Virus record (IMG/VR): IMGVR_UViG_3300029318_000047
Span: 1-33,737 of that record
Origin: a virus
Lineage: Duplodnaviria > Caudoviricetes
DNA length: 33,737 bases
Direction: 5' to 3' (one strand)
The translations under genes were made by a program, and so were the position numbers. This document shows, in pieces, positions 8,746 through 18,306 of the stretch (within the stretch, counting starts at the first letter, position 1; each line of letters starts with the position of its first letter). Under the pieces are notes generated by a model. It ran no database searches. It was not told the origin of the DNA and saw only the letters and a list, made by a program, of their open reading frames with translations.

Positions 8746-9708
8746 TTACTTAGAGGTTTTGCGAATAGCTGTTAAGTACTGTGCCATTGATTCGTTAACT
8801 TCAACTGCATCAGCTTCTGAATCATCTTCTGATTCTTCAGCTACAACTGATTCAACGTTATCGGCTTTAAAGTATGATTCTTTCAAAGTAGCAATTTTTG
8901 CTGTAAATTCTTCTACAGATTCAAACTCTACACCTTCAGCTAGGTTTTCGAGTTTAGCAACTTGAGTTTCAGCTAGATCCTTTGAAGCTTCTCGGATGAC
9001 ATCTTTACGCTGAAAGCTTTGTAAAGATTCTTTCATTTCGATATTCTTCTCGGTTTCTTTGTTTAGTTTTTCTTCTAGCTCTGTAACTTCGTCTGCTAGG
9101 CCGTCAACTAGGTCGACTTTAGACTCTGGTACTTCGATGTAAGATTCTGTGAATAGATCTTTCAATGAATTCATGAATCCTTCAGCGATTTCAGCACGTA
9201 AGCCTGATTGAATGGCAAGCTTATTTTCTTCCATCCAGTTTTCAACAACGTAGTTTAGATAGTTGTCGACTTTTTCTACGAGATCAGCTTTAGTAGCTGA
9301 CACTTCTTCTTCTAGCTCTTGAGCATATTGCTCTTCAAGCCGCTCAACAGTCTCAGCAACTTTTGAATTGATAGCAGCTTCAAAGATAAGCGCAGCTTTG
9401 TCTTTAAAACCTTCTGAAAGAGTTGCCTCTTCAGATACTAATGCATCCAAGTCGTCAGAGAAGTCATAAGCTTCTTTAGGTTGTGCACCTGCGTCTTTCA
9501 TTGCAGGTTTTGCGGATCCACCCATTGGTGCAGGCTCATCTTTCGCATCTTTATCGCCTTTACGCTTAGCAGCTTTTTTACCAGCTCCTTCAGCAGACTT
9601 TACTGATGCTACAGATTGTGTCTCTGCATTCTTGGGATCGTGAGCTTCATCAACGATTTCCTCGTTTTCATTGAGCTCTACATCCTGTTCTTCTACTTGA
9701 TCAGTCAT
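8746..9708 (-). CDS. gp22: Prohead core scaffold protein (T4 gp22)
   Basis: Acidic coiled coil with LSE.FK.KA..IFEAA, VD.YL.YVVE.WMEEN and LKESYF; lies between gp21 and gp23. Confidence 0.95.
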   Translation of the reverse strand: MTDQVEEQDVELNENEEIVDEAHDPKNAETQSVASVKSAEGAGKKAAKRKGDKDAKDEPAPMGGSAKPAMKDAGAQPKEAYDFSDDLDALVSEEATLSEGFKDKAALIFEAAINSKVAETVERLEEQYAQELEEEVSATKADLVEKVDNYLNYVVENWMEENKLAIQSGLRAEIAEGFMNSLKDLFTESYIEVPESKVDLVDGLADEVTELEEKLNKETEKNIEMKESLQSFQRKDVIREASKDLAETQVAKLENLAEGVEFESVEEFTAKIATLKESYFKADNVESVVAEESEDDSEADAVEVNESMAQYLTAIRKTSK

Positions 9709-9718
9709 GCTTGACTCC

Positions 9719-10375
9719 TTATTTGTTTTTCAGTAACGAGAGGAAATTTTTAAACTCACGTACCTGAGTCTCATAGAGGTCAGTCCGTGGAGCTGCTTTA
9801 ATTTCAGTCTCCATTCTTTCAATTTCTTGAACTTGAATAACACCGTTATTCCAAACCCATTCAACACCTTCCATTATTCCATTGACAAAAGCGTCAGGTG
9901 CAGATGGATCTTGCACAATATCTACTGTGTTAAGAATATAGTCGTCTTTGACGTACATTGCGTTGCCACGTTGTTCAAGAGTACCCATACCACGAGTTGA
10001 AACGCCTAGTTGTACACCTCCATCTAGAAGACCTTTGACAATCTTTCCGTTCGGAGTGTCTAGTATAAGCGCTTTACCCATCACATTATTTCCATTCCAA
10101 TTCATTTCCGTAATGCGATGAGATACTTTGTCCAGATTTACAGTTGGTCCTTCAGGGTGATTCAATTCACCGACCGCTCTGTTCTGGGAAACTTGTTCGT
10201 TAACGTATTTATCAACAGCCTTTTCCATAATGGCCTTTTCATAAATTCTACCGTTACGATTTTTACCTTCAGCCTGTGCAAATATTCCTTCAATAAAATG
10301 ATCCTTACCGCCGCCTTCTCTAGCTTCGGTAACTACTTCTAATTCGTTGTCTAAATACTCTGCAATCAGCTTCAT
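9719..10375 (-). CDS. gp21: Prohead protease (T4 gp21)
   Basis: IEGIF.QAE..NRNGRIY, GELNHP, GVSTRGMG, DIVQDPSAPDAFV. Start corrected to MKLIAE at 10375; the supplied longer ORF overlaps gp68. Confidence 0.96.
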   Translation of the reverse strand: MKLIAEYLDNELEVVTEAREGGGKDHFIEGIFAQAEGKNRNGRIYEKAIMEKAVDKYVNEQVSQNRAVGELNHPEGPTVNLDKVSHRITEMNWNGNNVMGKALILDTPNGKIVKGLLDGGVQLGVSTRGMGTLEQRGNAMYVKDDYILNTVDIVQDPSAPDAFVNGIMEGVEWVWNNGVIQVQEIERMETEIKAAPRTDLYETQVREFKNFLSLLKNK

Positions 10376-10379
10376 AGTT

Positions 10380-10568
10380 TTAACCTTTATATTGTTTGAC
10401 GAATTCCTTCGCCATCTTTTCCGCTTCTTTTTGAGAAGCATATGTATCAAGTTCGTCACCATCTACATGAACTACAAACTTGTTTTTCTTTTTCATAATC
10501 TTGACAGGTACCCTGCCAATCTTCTTATTAAAAACTACGTTCTCACGTAATTCTCTAAACTGTTTCAT
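10380..10568 (-). CDS. Small basic prohead core protein (gp68 positional equivalent)
   Basis: 62 aa from MKQFRELRE (ATG 10568); the MK.F.ELRE start and the slot between gp67 and gp21 are typical. Confidence 0.7.
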   Translation of the reverse strand: MKQFRELRENVVFNKKIGRVPVKIMKKKNKFVVHVDGDELDTYASQKEAEKMAKEFVKQYKG

Positions 10569-10908
10569 CTTCCAGCTCTTCCTGCTCTTCAGCCTCAGGT
10601 TCTTCTTCAACCGGTTCGTCTATTTCTGCAACAGGATCATCTTCAATCACTTCATCAGTGACGTCTTCCATTTCTACTTCTTCATCATCTATAAGCTCTT
10701 GTCCTGCAGCTTCTAGATCTTCATCAGAAATATCTTCGTCATCGATTTCTTCTACTTCTAAACCATTAAAAATTTGACCTGCAACAGATACTTTTTCTGC
10801 ATCTAGAGCGGCATCAACCTTTTGGCCTAATAATTCAGCAAACATCGCGTTCGAACGAACATGATCCTTACCAATTATAGAATCAATAAAATTTTCAATT
10901 TCAGCCAT
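10555..10908 (-). CDS. gp67: Acidic prohead core protein (T4 gp67-like)
   Basis: Short helical N-terminus (FIDSI...F..LL..KV..ALD..K) then a very acidic tail; has its own late promoter and AGGAG RBS. Confidence 0.8.
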   Translation of the reverse strand: MAEIENFIDSIIGKDHVRSNAMFAELLGQKVDAALDAEKVSVAGQIFNGLEVEEIDDEDISDEDLEAAGQELIDDEEVEMEDVTDEVIEDDPVAEIDEPVEEEPEAEEQEELEDETV

Positions 10909-10928
10909 ATTTTTCTCCTACTTGGATT

Positions 10929-10936
10929 TATTTATA
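10929..10936 (-). promoter_or_regulatory. T4 late promoter TATAAATA for gp67-68-21-22-23
   Basis: Exact consensus, 21 nt before the gp67 start. Confidence 0.9.
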
Positions 10937-10970
10937 TAAAAAATGTTTTTCACTTGCATATTAAATGCAT

Positions 10971-11762
10971 TTAATCATCCCATACTTCATCAGGATTTCC
11001 TGTTGTAAACGTATATGATACACTCATAGTTGAAGTGTACGTTGGATTCGATGGACCTCCATCAGCGGGGTATAAAAATTGCAATGCTCTCGAGACTCCA
11101 GTGGTTGACGGTAAGTCTTGAGAAAAATTACCTGATCTAGCATCTATATAAACTCCATCTATGTAATAATCATAAGAACTATCAGGTGCAGTTATTGATA
11201 ATGTTGAAGCTGCTGTCTGTGTAGCGTTAAAGCCACTTCCGTTTATACTAACTCCACCTATAAAATAACCGCCAAACTCACCAGCATCAATAGTAACTCT
11301 TTCTGTAACATATGCTGAATCAACTATTTCTTCAACTGCTGCTGTTACACCAAAATCTGTGTTTATAGGTAAAACATCTGAATCAATTTGTACATCATCT
11401 GAATCAGAATCTGCAGGTACAAATGATTCTCTTGTAATATTAAATGTAAAAACTTCATCTAATCTTACAAACTGGCCATTTACTAAATTGTTAATGCTTT
11501 TAGCTGTTCCAGTAGTAATCTGTACTGTTGTTGTTTCACCTTGGTTTAAATAAATTCTTAAATTATATTGATTAGACAGATGAAAGCCATTAAAGTGTAC
11601 AACGTCTGCATACCATCCTCTAACGTTTAGAGGATTTTCTGGCTGATACAATACTCCTGCAAATTCAATCCAATTTATACTGTAGTTTAATCTAAGCAGA
11701 GTATTATTACCGACACTGCCTGAAACTCCGGTGTCGGTTCTATAAAGAATTCTGTCTGTCAT
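10971..11762 (-). CDS. Hypothetical beta-rich protein, probable virion decoration protein
   Basis: 263-aa ORF starting 3 nt after the gp20 stop; rich in Thr/Ser/Gly/Tyr, no Cys; contains IVDSAYVTERV, matching the stalk repeat of the fibre array. Confidence 0.65.
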   Translation of the reverse strand: MTDRILYRTDTGVSGSVGNNTLLRLNYSINWIEFAGVLYQPENPLNVRGWYADVVHFNGFHLSNQYNLRIYLNQGETTTVQITTGTAKSINNLVNGQFVRLDEVFTFNITRESFVPADSDSDDVQIDSDVLPINTDFGVTAAVEEIVDSAYVTERVTIDAGEFGGYFIGGVSINGSGFNATQTAASTLSITAPDSSYDYYIDGVYIDARSGNFSQDLPSTTGVSRALQFLYPADGGPSNPTYTSTMSVSYTFTTGNPDEVWDD

Positions 11763-11765
11763 AAT

Positions 11766-13268
11766 TTAGTCGTCGTCTCTTGGCTCAGGTTCCGGTTCGC
11801 TGTTTATCTGGCCTTCTATGTCTTGTATATCTTGTTCAGAATACTTAAGAACATTTTTCATTACATATTCTTTTGAAAAGTATTCACCGACATATTGTGC
11901 CATTTGATCCAATGTTTGTAGTCTTTCTCTTAAAATTTCAGAATCTTTCAACTCTGAAAAATGATTGTCTTGAGCATAATCAATCATGATATCGTACTTC
12001 CAATTATCCCAATCTTCTTCGGTGATAATATTCTTAAGCATAAGTTGCTTCTTAAGTATACCTAAGAATAAGTAAGAAAATTTTGTACGCAATCTATCAA
12101 TAAACTTTTGAAATTTTATTTCATCTCTAGAAATTTCTGTTGTTCTACCAAGATTAAATCCTGATTCTTGCTCTAATCTGTTTACTGGAACATTTAATGC
12201 TCTGTAAACACGTTTTTGGAAATAAATTATATCTTCTATTTGACCTAAATTTTCACCGCCTGGTAATGTAGAAATCTCTGTACCTCGGCCACCTTCTTTT
12301 CGTGGCAACCAGAAATCTTCTAACATTGACATATGTTTACGATCATCTTTTATATTACCAGTATCTGCATCATAAACGAGTTTATTTCGATACTTAGCCA
12401 TGATATTAGTCATGTATTCTTCAGCTTTACCTTTTGGTAAATTACCAACATCAATATAAAAAATTCTTCTTTCAGGAGCTCTAGCCAACCTGTAAATTAC
12501 AAGTGAATCTTCCATCATTCGTAATTGATTAACAGGTTTAATTGCTTTATGTAAATGAGAAATTACTTTTTTCCGTGCAGCGTCCAATATACCAGATGTA
12601 ACATAACTTATAGAGTCTGCAGTAATCTTAACACCTGTGTTTTGTGTACCAGGCTTTTCTTGATAAATGAAATATTCATCTACTTTATCTACTATTTTTG
12701 CACCAGTTGCTTGATCTCTTCGTGTTTTTACTTCTTTAACTTTGCGAATCTTTATAGAGTCAATGTAACGTACTTCTTGAATTCCAGCTTTTGGATTCTG
12801 TTCGTTTACTACTAGGTGATGATACAACCGTCCGTCAACATACCAACGTCTAAATTGATCGTGTCCATGCTCTCCAAAGTTTAGTAAGTTTAAAACATTA
12901 TCAAACTCTTCCATCATAGTTTTCTTGATACTTGCTGGAGCTTGAACTTTATCTAAAACTAATTCTATCTGTTTATCCAATCCACCAGTAACAATAGCTT
13001 CATTTACAATATCTTCTATTGCCATGTCAACTTCAGGATGCATTGAGATTCCACGATATTTCATAATCAATTGGTGGTTGTCTTTTGCTTGATCACCGTT
13101 AATATCTACGTATTGACCATAGTGACCAGCGGGCGACGCAGTAACGTATCCAGCTCCATCCTCATCATTGGGTGGAACTATAGAAACTTTTTTCTTTTCG
13201 TCTTTTGCGGCTTGAGGACTCCTACGAATCTCAAAGCCAAATAATTTGATACTATTATCGTCTGCCAT
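11766..13268 (-). CDS. gp20: Portal vertex protein (T4 gp20)
   Basis: LFGF, HPEVD.AI.DIVNEA, FRRWYVDGR, NQLRMMEDSLVIYRLARAPERRIFYIDVGNLPK, EDFWLPR.EGGRGTEI. Confidence 0.99.
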   Translation of the reverse strand: MADDNSIKLFGFEIRRSPQAAKDEKKKVSIVPPNDEDGAGYVTASPAGHYGQYVDINGDQAKDNHQLIMKYRGISMHPEVDMAIEDIVNEAIVTGGLDKQIELVLDKVQAPASIKKTMMEEFDNVLNLLNFGEHGHDQFRRWYVDGRLYHHLVVNEQNPKAGIQEVRYIDSIKIRKVKEVKTRRDQATGAKIVDKVDEYFIYQEKPGTQNTGVKITADSISYVTSGILDAARKKVISHLHKAIKPVNQLRMMEDSLVIYRLARAPERRIFYIDVGNLPKGKAEEYMTNIMAKYRNKLVYDADTGNIKDDRKHMSMLEDFWLPRKEGGRGTEISTLPGGENLGQIEDIIYFQKRVYRALNVPVNRLEQESGFNLGRTTEISRDEIKFQKFIDRLRTKFSYLFLGILKKQLMLKNIITEEDWDNWKYDIMIDYAQDNHFSELKDSEILRERLQTLDQMAQYVGEYFSKEYVMKNVLKYSEQDIQDIEGQINSEPEPEPRDDD

Positions 13269-13290
13269 GATAATTCCTTAAACTAATGAG

Positions 13291-13313
13291 TGGAGGGAAA
13301 TGACTCCCCTCCA
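13291..13313 (-). terminator. GC-rich hairpin between gp19 and gp20 (attenuator or RNA-stability element)
   Basis: TGGAGGG (13291-13297) pairs with CCCTCCA (13307-13313); no clean U tract. A variant late promoter GATAAATA lies at 13320-13327. Confidence 0.55.
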
Positions 13314-13333
13314 ACCTATTATTTATCTGATAT

Positions 13334-13867
13334 TTACGAAGTGGTTATTGCTTCCCAGTATTGAATCTGGAACTCAACAGTAAACTCTTCGATAGTATCA
13401 TTCGTGTCATATGCTAGATCTATTGCACTTACATTTGTTGGAAATGCACCGCGGAAAGCGTACTTCTTCAACGATGTACCATCTTTGTCTAGTTGATCAA
13501 CATACAAATCAGATTGGTATGATGATGGTCTAGTCAAACCAGTATTCGCTGAGTGAGCATTTATTGCGTTCATCCAACGTTCCATAGAATTTCGAACTGT
13601 GAAGTCAGTATCATTAATGATAGTAACTACCCATGGTTCAAAAGTTCTATCTCCTGCAACTTGTATCTGTCTTCCACGGAAACCAACTGGAATCGGTGTC
13701 ATGATAGATGCAGGTAATTGTGCAGCTTTACACATGAAAGTTGTGAGGGCAATATCGCCTCCTGCATTAACCGCACCAGGAAACGTAACAGTTGCCTGGA
13801 ACAGATTAGGTCTAGCACCGCCACCTTTTAAGGCAGCTTTGAAATCATCTACTCTAAGAATAGCCAT
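13334..13867 (-). CDS. gp19: Tail tube protein (T4 gp19)
   Basis: GGGARPNLF, CKAAQLPAS, FRGRQ..VAGDRTFEPW..T..ND, IEEFTVEFQ. Confidence 0.98.
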   Translation of the reverse strand: MAILRVDDFKAALKGGGARPNLFQATVTFPGAVNAGGDIALTTFMCKAAQLPASIMTPIPVGFRGRQIQVAGDRTFEPWVVTIINDTDFTVRNSMERWMNAINAHSANTGLTRPSSYQSDLYVDQLDKDGTSLKKYAFRGAFPTNVSAIDLAYDTNDTIEEFTVEFQIQYWEAITTS

Positions 13868-13888
13868 TTTTTATCTCCTCAGTGCTAC

Positions 13889-15511
13889 TTATATTGTTTC
13901 GTTGCCGACTACTTCACTAAACTCTACGCCTGTTCTTACAGCTACGAAATTCAGTGTTACGTAGTTGATTGAACGAGCTGGTTTAACGAAGATGCTAGCT
14001 ACGAATTCGTTTGCGTCAATAACTGCCGCTGTATTGTTTGTTTCGTCACATACAACACGGAAGTCGGTGATACCGCGAGCGCCTTGGATTTCTCTTAAGA
14101 ATGCTTCAACAATTCCAGAAAATTCTGCTCTTGTAAATTCATCATTGAATTCAAAGATAACAGACTTAGCTGCTTCTGCGATTGATCTTTCAATTGATAA
14201 GAACAATCTTCGAACGTTGATTCTATCAAACGCTGATGGCCTTGATAAGTGTGTTTTATCGCCGTACAATACTATTCCTTCACCAGGAATGTTTGCAATC
14301 GGGTTAACACCTGCTTTGTATAGAGTATCTCTATTAGATTTATTAGCGTTATAAGTTAACGATGTTACGCCTAAATACTGACCTCGTCTTGTACCAGCCG
14401 GTGAGAACCAAGGAGCTGCATTTACTGATGAAGCTGCCATGATACCCGCGGTTGATGAAGCTGCAGGAATATGTATGTAGGTGTCGTTATACTTATCGTA
14501 CACTTTTAAATAGTTACCGTCTACAATTAAGTATGAAGATCTAGTAAAGCTGGCTATGCCAGTTCCTATATCTGTAACTTCTGATCCAGCATTATTAACT
14601 ACAGCCGCACGGTTAGGTGATGTAACTGCTACACAATCTTTTCTTAAAGATCCTGCAGTTGCTACTAAATCATTAACCACAGTAGTTTGATCAGATGAAG
14701 ATGACATGCCAGGTGCGATTAAGAAATCTACTGTTACTGTATTTGTATCTTCAAACTTATCAAATCCTGTTAAGTATTGTGCTGTACCTAATGCTCCACC
14801 GTTATGACCGTTAGCTAAGCTTACGTTAGCAGCTGCGGTTGCTGGTGTAACAGACCATACATACTTTGATTGATCATTGATAACTGTTTTTGAATAGTTG
14901 CTTGAGCCGTCAGCATTTTTTGCTGTGGCTGATGTTGACAAGAATGGGAATGTTTCTAGAACTGTACCTGCTGTTCCTGAAATATCACCGTCACTATCTA
15001 TAACAGCGACGTGTATTTCGCCAGAAGCGGGAGCAGCATCAAAGTTATCTGCATATGTCCATGAGCCAAAGCCTGAATCAGCCATAACTGAAACTTTTAT
15101 TGAACTGCCTAGTGTACCAGCATATTTACCGATCCATGTATGACCGTCTGATTCTAGCGCAGATGCTTGGTTATCAAAATCTGTCTCATTCTTGATTAGT
15201 GGTGCTGCACTTGCCGCATCTGAATCGTATGCGTTTGCAGCAGATGTTCCTAACTCTCTTACTACGTATAAATCGTTTGAGTATCTTAAGTAGTAAGCAG
15301 CAGAGTGGAAATCAATATTATTCGTAGTGCTAGGACTTCCGAATGTACTTACGAGTCCGGTTTCATTTGAAACAAGAGTTAGTTCTTGTGCTGGACCCCA
15401 ACTAAAGCTACCAACATAAGCACCGGCTGGTGTGGTAACTGCTGGGACAACGCTAGTAAGATCTACTTCTCTTACGACAACTGCCGGAGACGCTGATGGA
15501 TTTACTGCCAT
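13889..15511 (-). CDS. gp18: Tail sheath protein (T4 gp18), compact 540-aa version
   Basis: SP.V.VREVDLT, F.WGP, RKDC....SP, PWFSPAG..RG, SAFDRINVRRLF, KPARSINY..LNFVA.RTGV.F.EV. Confidence 0.98.
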   Translation of the reverse strand: MAVNPSASPAVVVREVDLTSVVPAVTTPAGAYVGSFSWGPAQELTLVSNETGLVSTFGSPSTTNNIDFHSAAYYLRYSNDLYVVRELGTSAANAYDSDAASAAPLIKNETDFDNQASALESDGHTWIGKYAGTLGSSIKVSVMADSGFGSWTYADNFDAAPASGEIHVAVIDSDGDISGTAGTVLETFPFLSTSATAKNADGSSNYSKTVINDQSKYVWSVTPATAAANVSLANGHNGGALGTAQYLTGFDKFEDTNTVTVDFLIAPGMSSSSDQTTVVNDLVATAGSLRKDCVAVTSPNRAAVVNNAGSEVTDIGTGIASFTRSSYLIVDGNYLKVYDKYNDTYIHIPAASSTAGIMAASSVNAAPWFSPAGTRRGQYLGVTSLTYNANKSNRDTLYKAGVNPIANIPGEGIVLYGDKTHLSRPSAFDRINVRRLFLSIERSIAEAAKSVIFEFNDEFTRAEFSGIVEAFLREIQGARGITDFRVVCDETNNTAAVIDANEFVASIFVKPARSINYVTLNFVAVRTGVEFSEVVGNETI

Positions 15512-15577
15512 TTGTCTCTTCCTTTTCCAATTAGAGCAATTATAAGGTTTAACATAATACGGTTTTTCAATTATAAC

Positions 15578-15585
15578 TATTTATA
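15578..15585 (-). promoter_or_regulatory. T4 late promoter TATAAATA for gp18-gp19
   Basis: Exact consensus just after the gp17 stop. Confidence 0.9.
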
Positions 15586-15589
15586 ATTT

Positions 15590-17185
15590 TTAAAAATTCA
15601 GAAAATAGTCCTCTTCTTGCTGTATAAGCCAAGGATCTTCTTTCTTTTCTTCCACAGTATCTAAACCGTTATCATAAAAACCAAATGGAACTGTGTCTCT
15701 TTCTATTTCTTCCATTCTTTGCTCAAACATCATTTGTTTTATATCGATATCAGTAAGCTCACCAAAATAAACTGTACCAATAAAGTAACCAAATAAAACT
15801 AGATTCATCATTAAGTCATCATGATTTCCATCAGATGCTTCATAAGATTGCCCTTTTGAAATAAATGTCGATATTTCTAATATAGTATCTTCATCAACAA
15901 TATCTAGTTTCTTTTCTTCTAGCAAATCTTTTATGCCAGAACAACCAATTCTTTTTACTTTTCTAGTCATATTGATGCCTAAAGAATCTGCTTTAATTGT
16001 AGATTCTACAAACATATTTTCATATTCTAAATCATGATATAACCCATTGCACACTACTTGTCCGGCATCATTTGACTCAATAACTACCATAGCATTATTG
16101 TAGGAATTCGCTATTTTATAAATAATATTTGGGAAGAGTAATGGAGAGATAAGGTTATTGCGATAAACAGCAACCTGTTTAAAAGGCGTAGAGCTAATAT
16201 CGATCACATTAAAAGTACTATAATCCTGTCCTCTTCCTTTCGCAACGTCTACCATCATAACATAGTTATGTTTTGGATCTGCATCCTCGTATATTTTTAC
16301 TCCTTCATTAGTAATTAATTTATAATCTTTTCTACGTAGTGAAAGAAGTGTATCTGCATTTATAAGAGTATCTCCAGTTCCAAAGAAAGTATTTCCAAAT
16401 TCCTGATCAAACTGTATTTGTGAAGTGTTTGCAATTGTCTGTGTTTTCCAGTCTTCATCACGACCAGGAACATCCCACCAATCAACTCTAAAAGGTTTAT
16501 ATTCGTTTGTGCCTTGTACGGCACCTTCCCATATTTTATGAAATATGTTTCCTATACCGTTAGCAGTTGATGTAATGATAACTTTTGTGTTCTGTCCTGC
16601 AGATACCACTGGATAAGTAGATGTGTAAAACTCTCCAGCTCTTTCAACAAATGCAAACTCATCGAGGTAGAGTAAATTAACTGACATACCACGAATAGAT
16701 GAACCTGATGTAGATGCTGAAACTATTTTAGAATTGTTACTAAACTCTAGTGACCCTTTGTTGACTGACTTACACCCTGGCTGTAGAAAGAAAGGGAGAT
16801 TCTCGAGCATTAGAGTGATTCTAGCAATCATCTCTCGAGCCGTCGCGCCTTTATTGGCAAGTACTACTACTGTTTGCTCAGGCGTAAATATCGCATACCA
16901 TAAGATATAAGCAACTGAAGATATTGATTTACCAGACTGTCTACAAGCAAGAACAATATTAAAACGATTAGAGTTAAATTGTTCGAACATTTGTTTCTGA
17001 TATGGATATAGTTCAAATGGAACTAAGCCATCATCTAGAGAAATAACTTTACAATACTTTGTAGCAAAATAAACAGGATCTTGCATACATTTAGCGTATT
17101 CAGAAACCTGGTCTGACGTCCAGTCCTGAGTTATTCCATCTTTTTTAATATTGGGATTGCCTAGATAACTTTCATTCTGATTCAT
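15590..17185 (-). CDS. gp17: Terminase large subunit (T4 gp17)
   Basis: YLGNPN, LYPYQ, Walker A CRQSGKS, Walker B LYLDEFAF, ITSTANG, nuclease VDVAKG.G.DYS and HDDLMM; uninterrupted. Confidence 0.98.
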   Translation of the reverse strand: MNQNESYLGNPNIKKDGITQDWTSDQVSEYAKCMQDPVYFATKYCKVISLDDGLVPFELYPYQKQMFEQFNSNRFNIVLACRQSGKSISSVAYILWYAIFTPEQTVVVLANKGATAREMIARITLMLENLPFFLQPGCKSVNKGSLEFSNNSKIVSASTSGSSIRGMSVNLLYLDEFAFVERAGEFYTSTYPVVSAGQNTKVIITSTANGIGNIFHKIWEGAVQGTNEYKPFRVDWWDVPGRDEDWKTQTIANTSQIQFDQEFGNTFFGTGDTLINADTLLSLRRKDYKLITNEGVKIYEDADPKHNYVMMVDVAKGRGQDYSTFNVIDISSTPFKQVAVYRNNLISPLLFPNIIYKIANSYNNAMVVIESNDAGQVVCNGLYHDLEYENMFVESTIKADSLGINMTRKVKRIGCSGIKDLLEEKKLDIVDEDTILEISTFISKGQSYEASDGNHDDLMMNLVLFGYFIGTVYFGELTDIDIKQMMFEQRMEEIERDTVPFGFYDNGLDTVEEKKEDPWLIQQEEDYFLNF

Positions 17186-17546
17186 TATTTATTCTATCTG
17201 TTATATCAATAACGTTGTCTACTTCTTCTCTAGCATCTTTTAACATACGTTGAAGTTCAGTAGTTGATCCTACAAATAAATTATTTGTTGTCACACCACT
17301 AGGTAGAGCTTTCGGATCTGGTCTATAATAGTCTTTCTTTTTTCTGTGTAAAGCTACAAGATCATTATTGACATCTGCTATAGATTTTAGCATGCCGCCT
17401 AATACTTCAAATGCTCTTGGATGTTCTGATTGCCTAGCAACCTCCATCATATCTTCAAGAGCGTCTGTTCCTTTTGCGATTAAATCATGATAAACTTGTC
17501 TAGTGTATTCAAAATCATCGCTGGCTGTTGTATCCGAATCATTCAT
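17172..17546 (-). CDS. gp16: Terminase small subunit (T4 gp16)
   Basis: DFEYTR, A..SEHPRAFEV, NNLFVGSTTELQ.ML. Start corrected to ATG 17546, which overlaps the gp15 stop (ATGAATGA). Confidence 0.93.
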   Translation of the reverse strand: MNDSDTTASDDFEYTRQVYHDLIAKGTDALEDMMEVARQSEHPRAFEVLGGMLKSIADVNNDLVALHRKKKDYYRPDPKALPSGVTTNNLFVGSTTELQRMLKDAREEVDNVIDITDRINNESE

Positions 17547-18306
17547 AATATTTCTCAATTGCATTATTAAAACCAAAATCACTATCTGGTCCTACTCCAG
17601 CAGGTGTAGGTGTTGTAGTGATTCTTTCAACTTTTCCATCTGAATCTGTAAATTCAGCAATTACGTGTACATCTGTAATTGCAGTATCAATAAGATCTTT
17701 ATCATTAAGAGGACCATAAAAATTAGTTCTCATTTCGAAATCTAAAGTGTATATTATAGTTCGTCTTTGTTCCATTGGAGCTTCATAATCATCTGTATAA
17801 GAAACACCTTGTATAGTAATAGAAATATCTTCTTTTACTGTAGGATGATCTGCAAATGGCTTGAACGATAAAGTATATTGAGGATTGAAATAAGGAAGAA
17901 TTTGCTCTACTACTTGTAAAGCATCATCTTGAGTTTTTGCATATATGTTTAATTGAAAAGCTAAAAGATACGGCGCTGGAGTAAAGAACTTAGTAGCATG
18001 ATCAGCATCTTTTGTAAGTTTATATGCATTAGTTTTAGGTAATTGGCGCTCAGCATCATATTGAAAACTTGTAATTTCAAATGACATTCGAGGTAACTTA
18101 AGAGCTACTTTTTGATCGCTGTATAAATCTGGATTAGAATTTAGTCTAGCAGTGTACTTGTCCTTAGGCGCATATGCCAAAGGGACTTTTACTTGACTAG
18201 CTGTAGATCCATCAGACTTTCTTCTTAAAACATATATGTTATTAAAAAGAGAACCAAAAATGGAAACCGTTCTTCTAACTCTTTGGTGATAAAAATACTG
18301 AAACAT
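17539..18306 (-). CDS. gp15: Tail sheath stabiliser / tail terminator (T4 gp15)
   Basis: YFYH...R..V..FGSLFN, VPLAYAPK.K, LPRMSFE, DDALQ.VEQILPYF.P, RR.IIYTL.F. Confidence 0.96.
   Translation of the reverse strand: MFQYFYHQRVRRTVSIFGSLFNNIYVLRRKSDGSTASQVKVPLAYAPKDKYTARLNSNPDLYSDQKVALKLPRMSFEITSFQYDAERQLPKTNAYKLTKDADHATKFFTPAPYLLAFQLNIYAKTQDDALQVVEQILPYFNPQYTLSFKPFADHPTVKEDISITIQGVSYTDDYEAPMEQRRTIIYTLDFEMRTNFYGPLNDKDLIDTAITDVHVIAEFTDSDGKVERITTTPTPAGVGPDSDFGFNNAIEKYYE

Noticed and set aside
10376-10462. Basic N-terminal extension of gp21 in the ORF track
   Set aside because: It overlaps the gp68-like gene in another frame; the conventional MKLI.E start is at 10375.
10555-10760. Low-complexity GAA/GAT-rich stretch as a tandem DNA repeat
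   Set aside because: It encodes the acidic tail expected of a gp67-like core protein.
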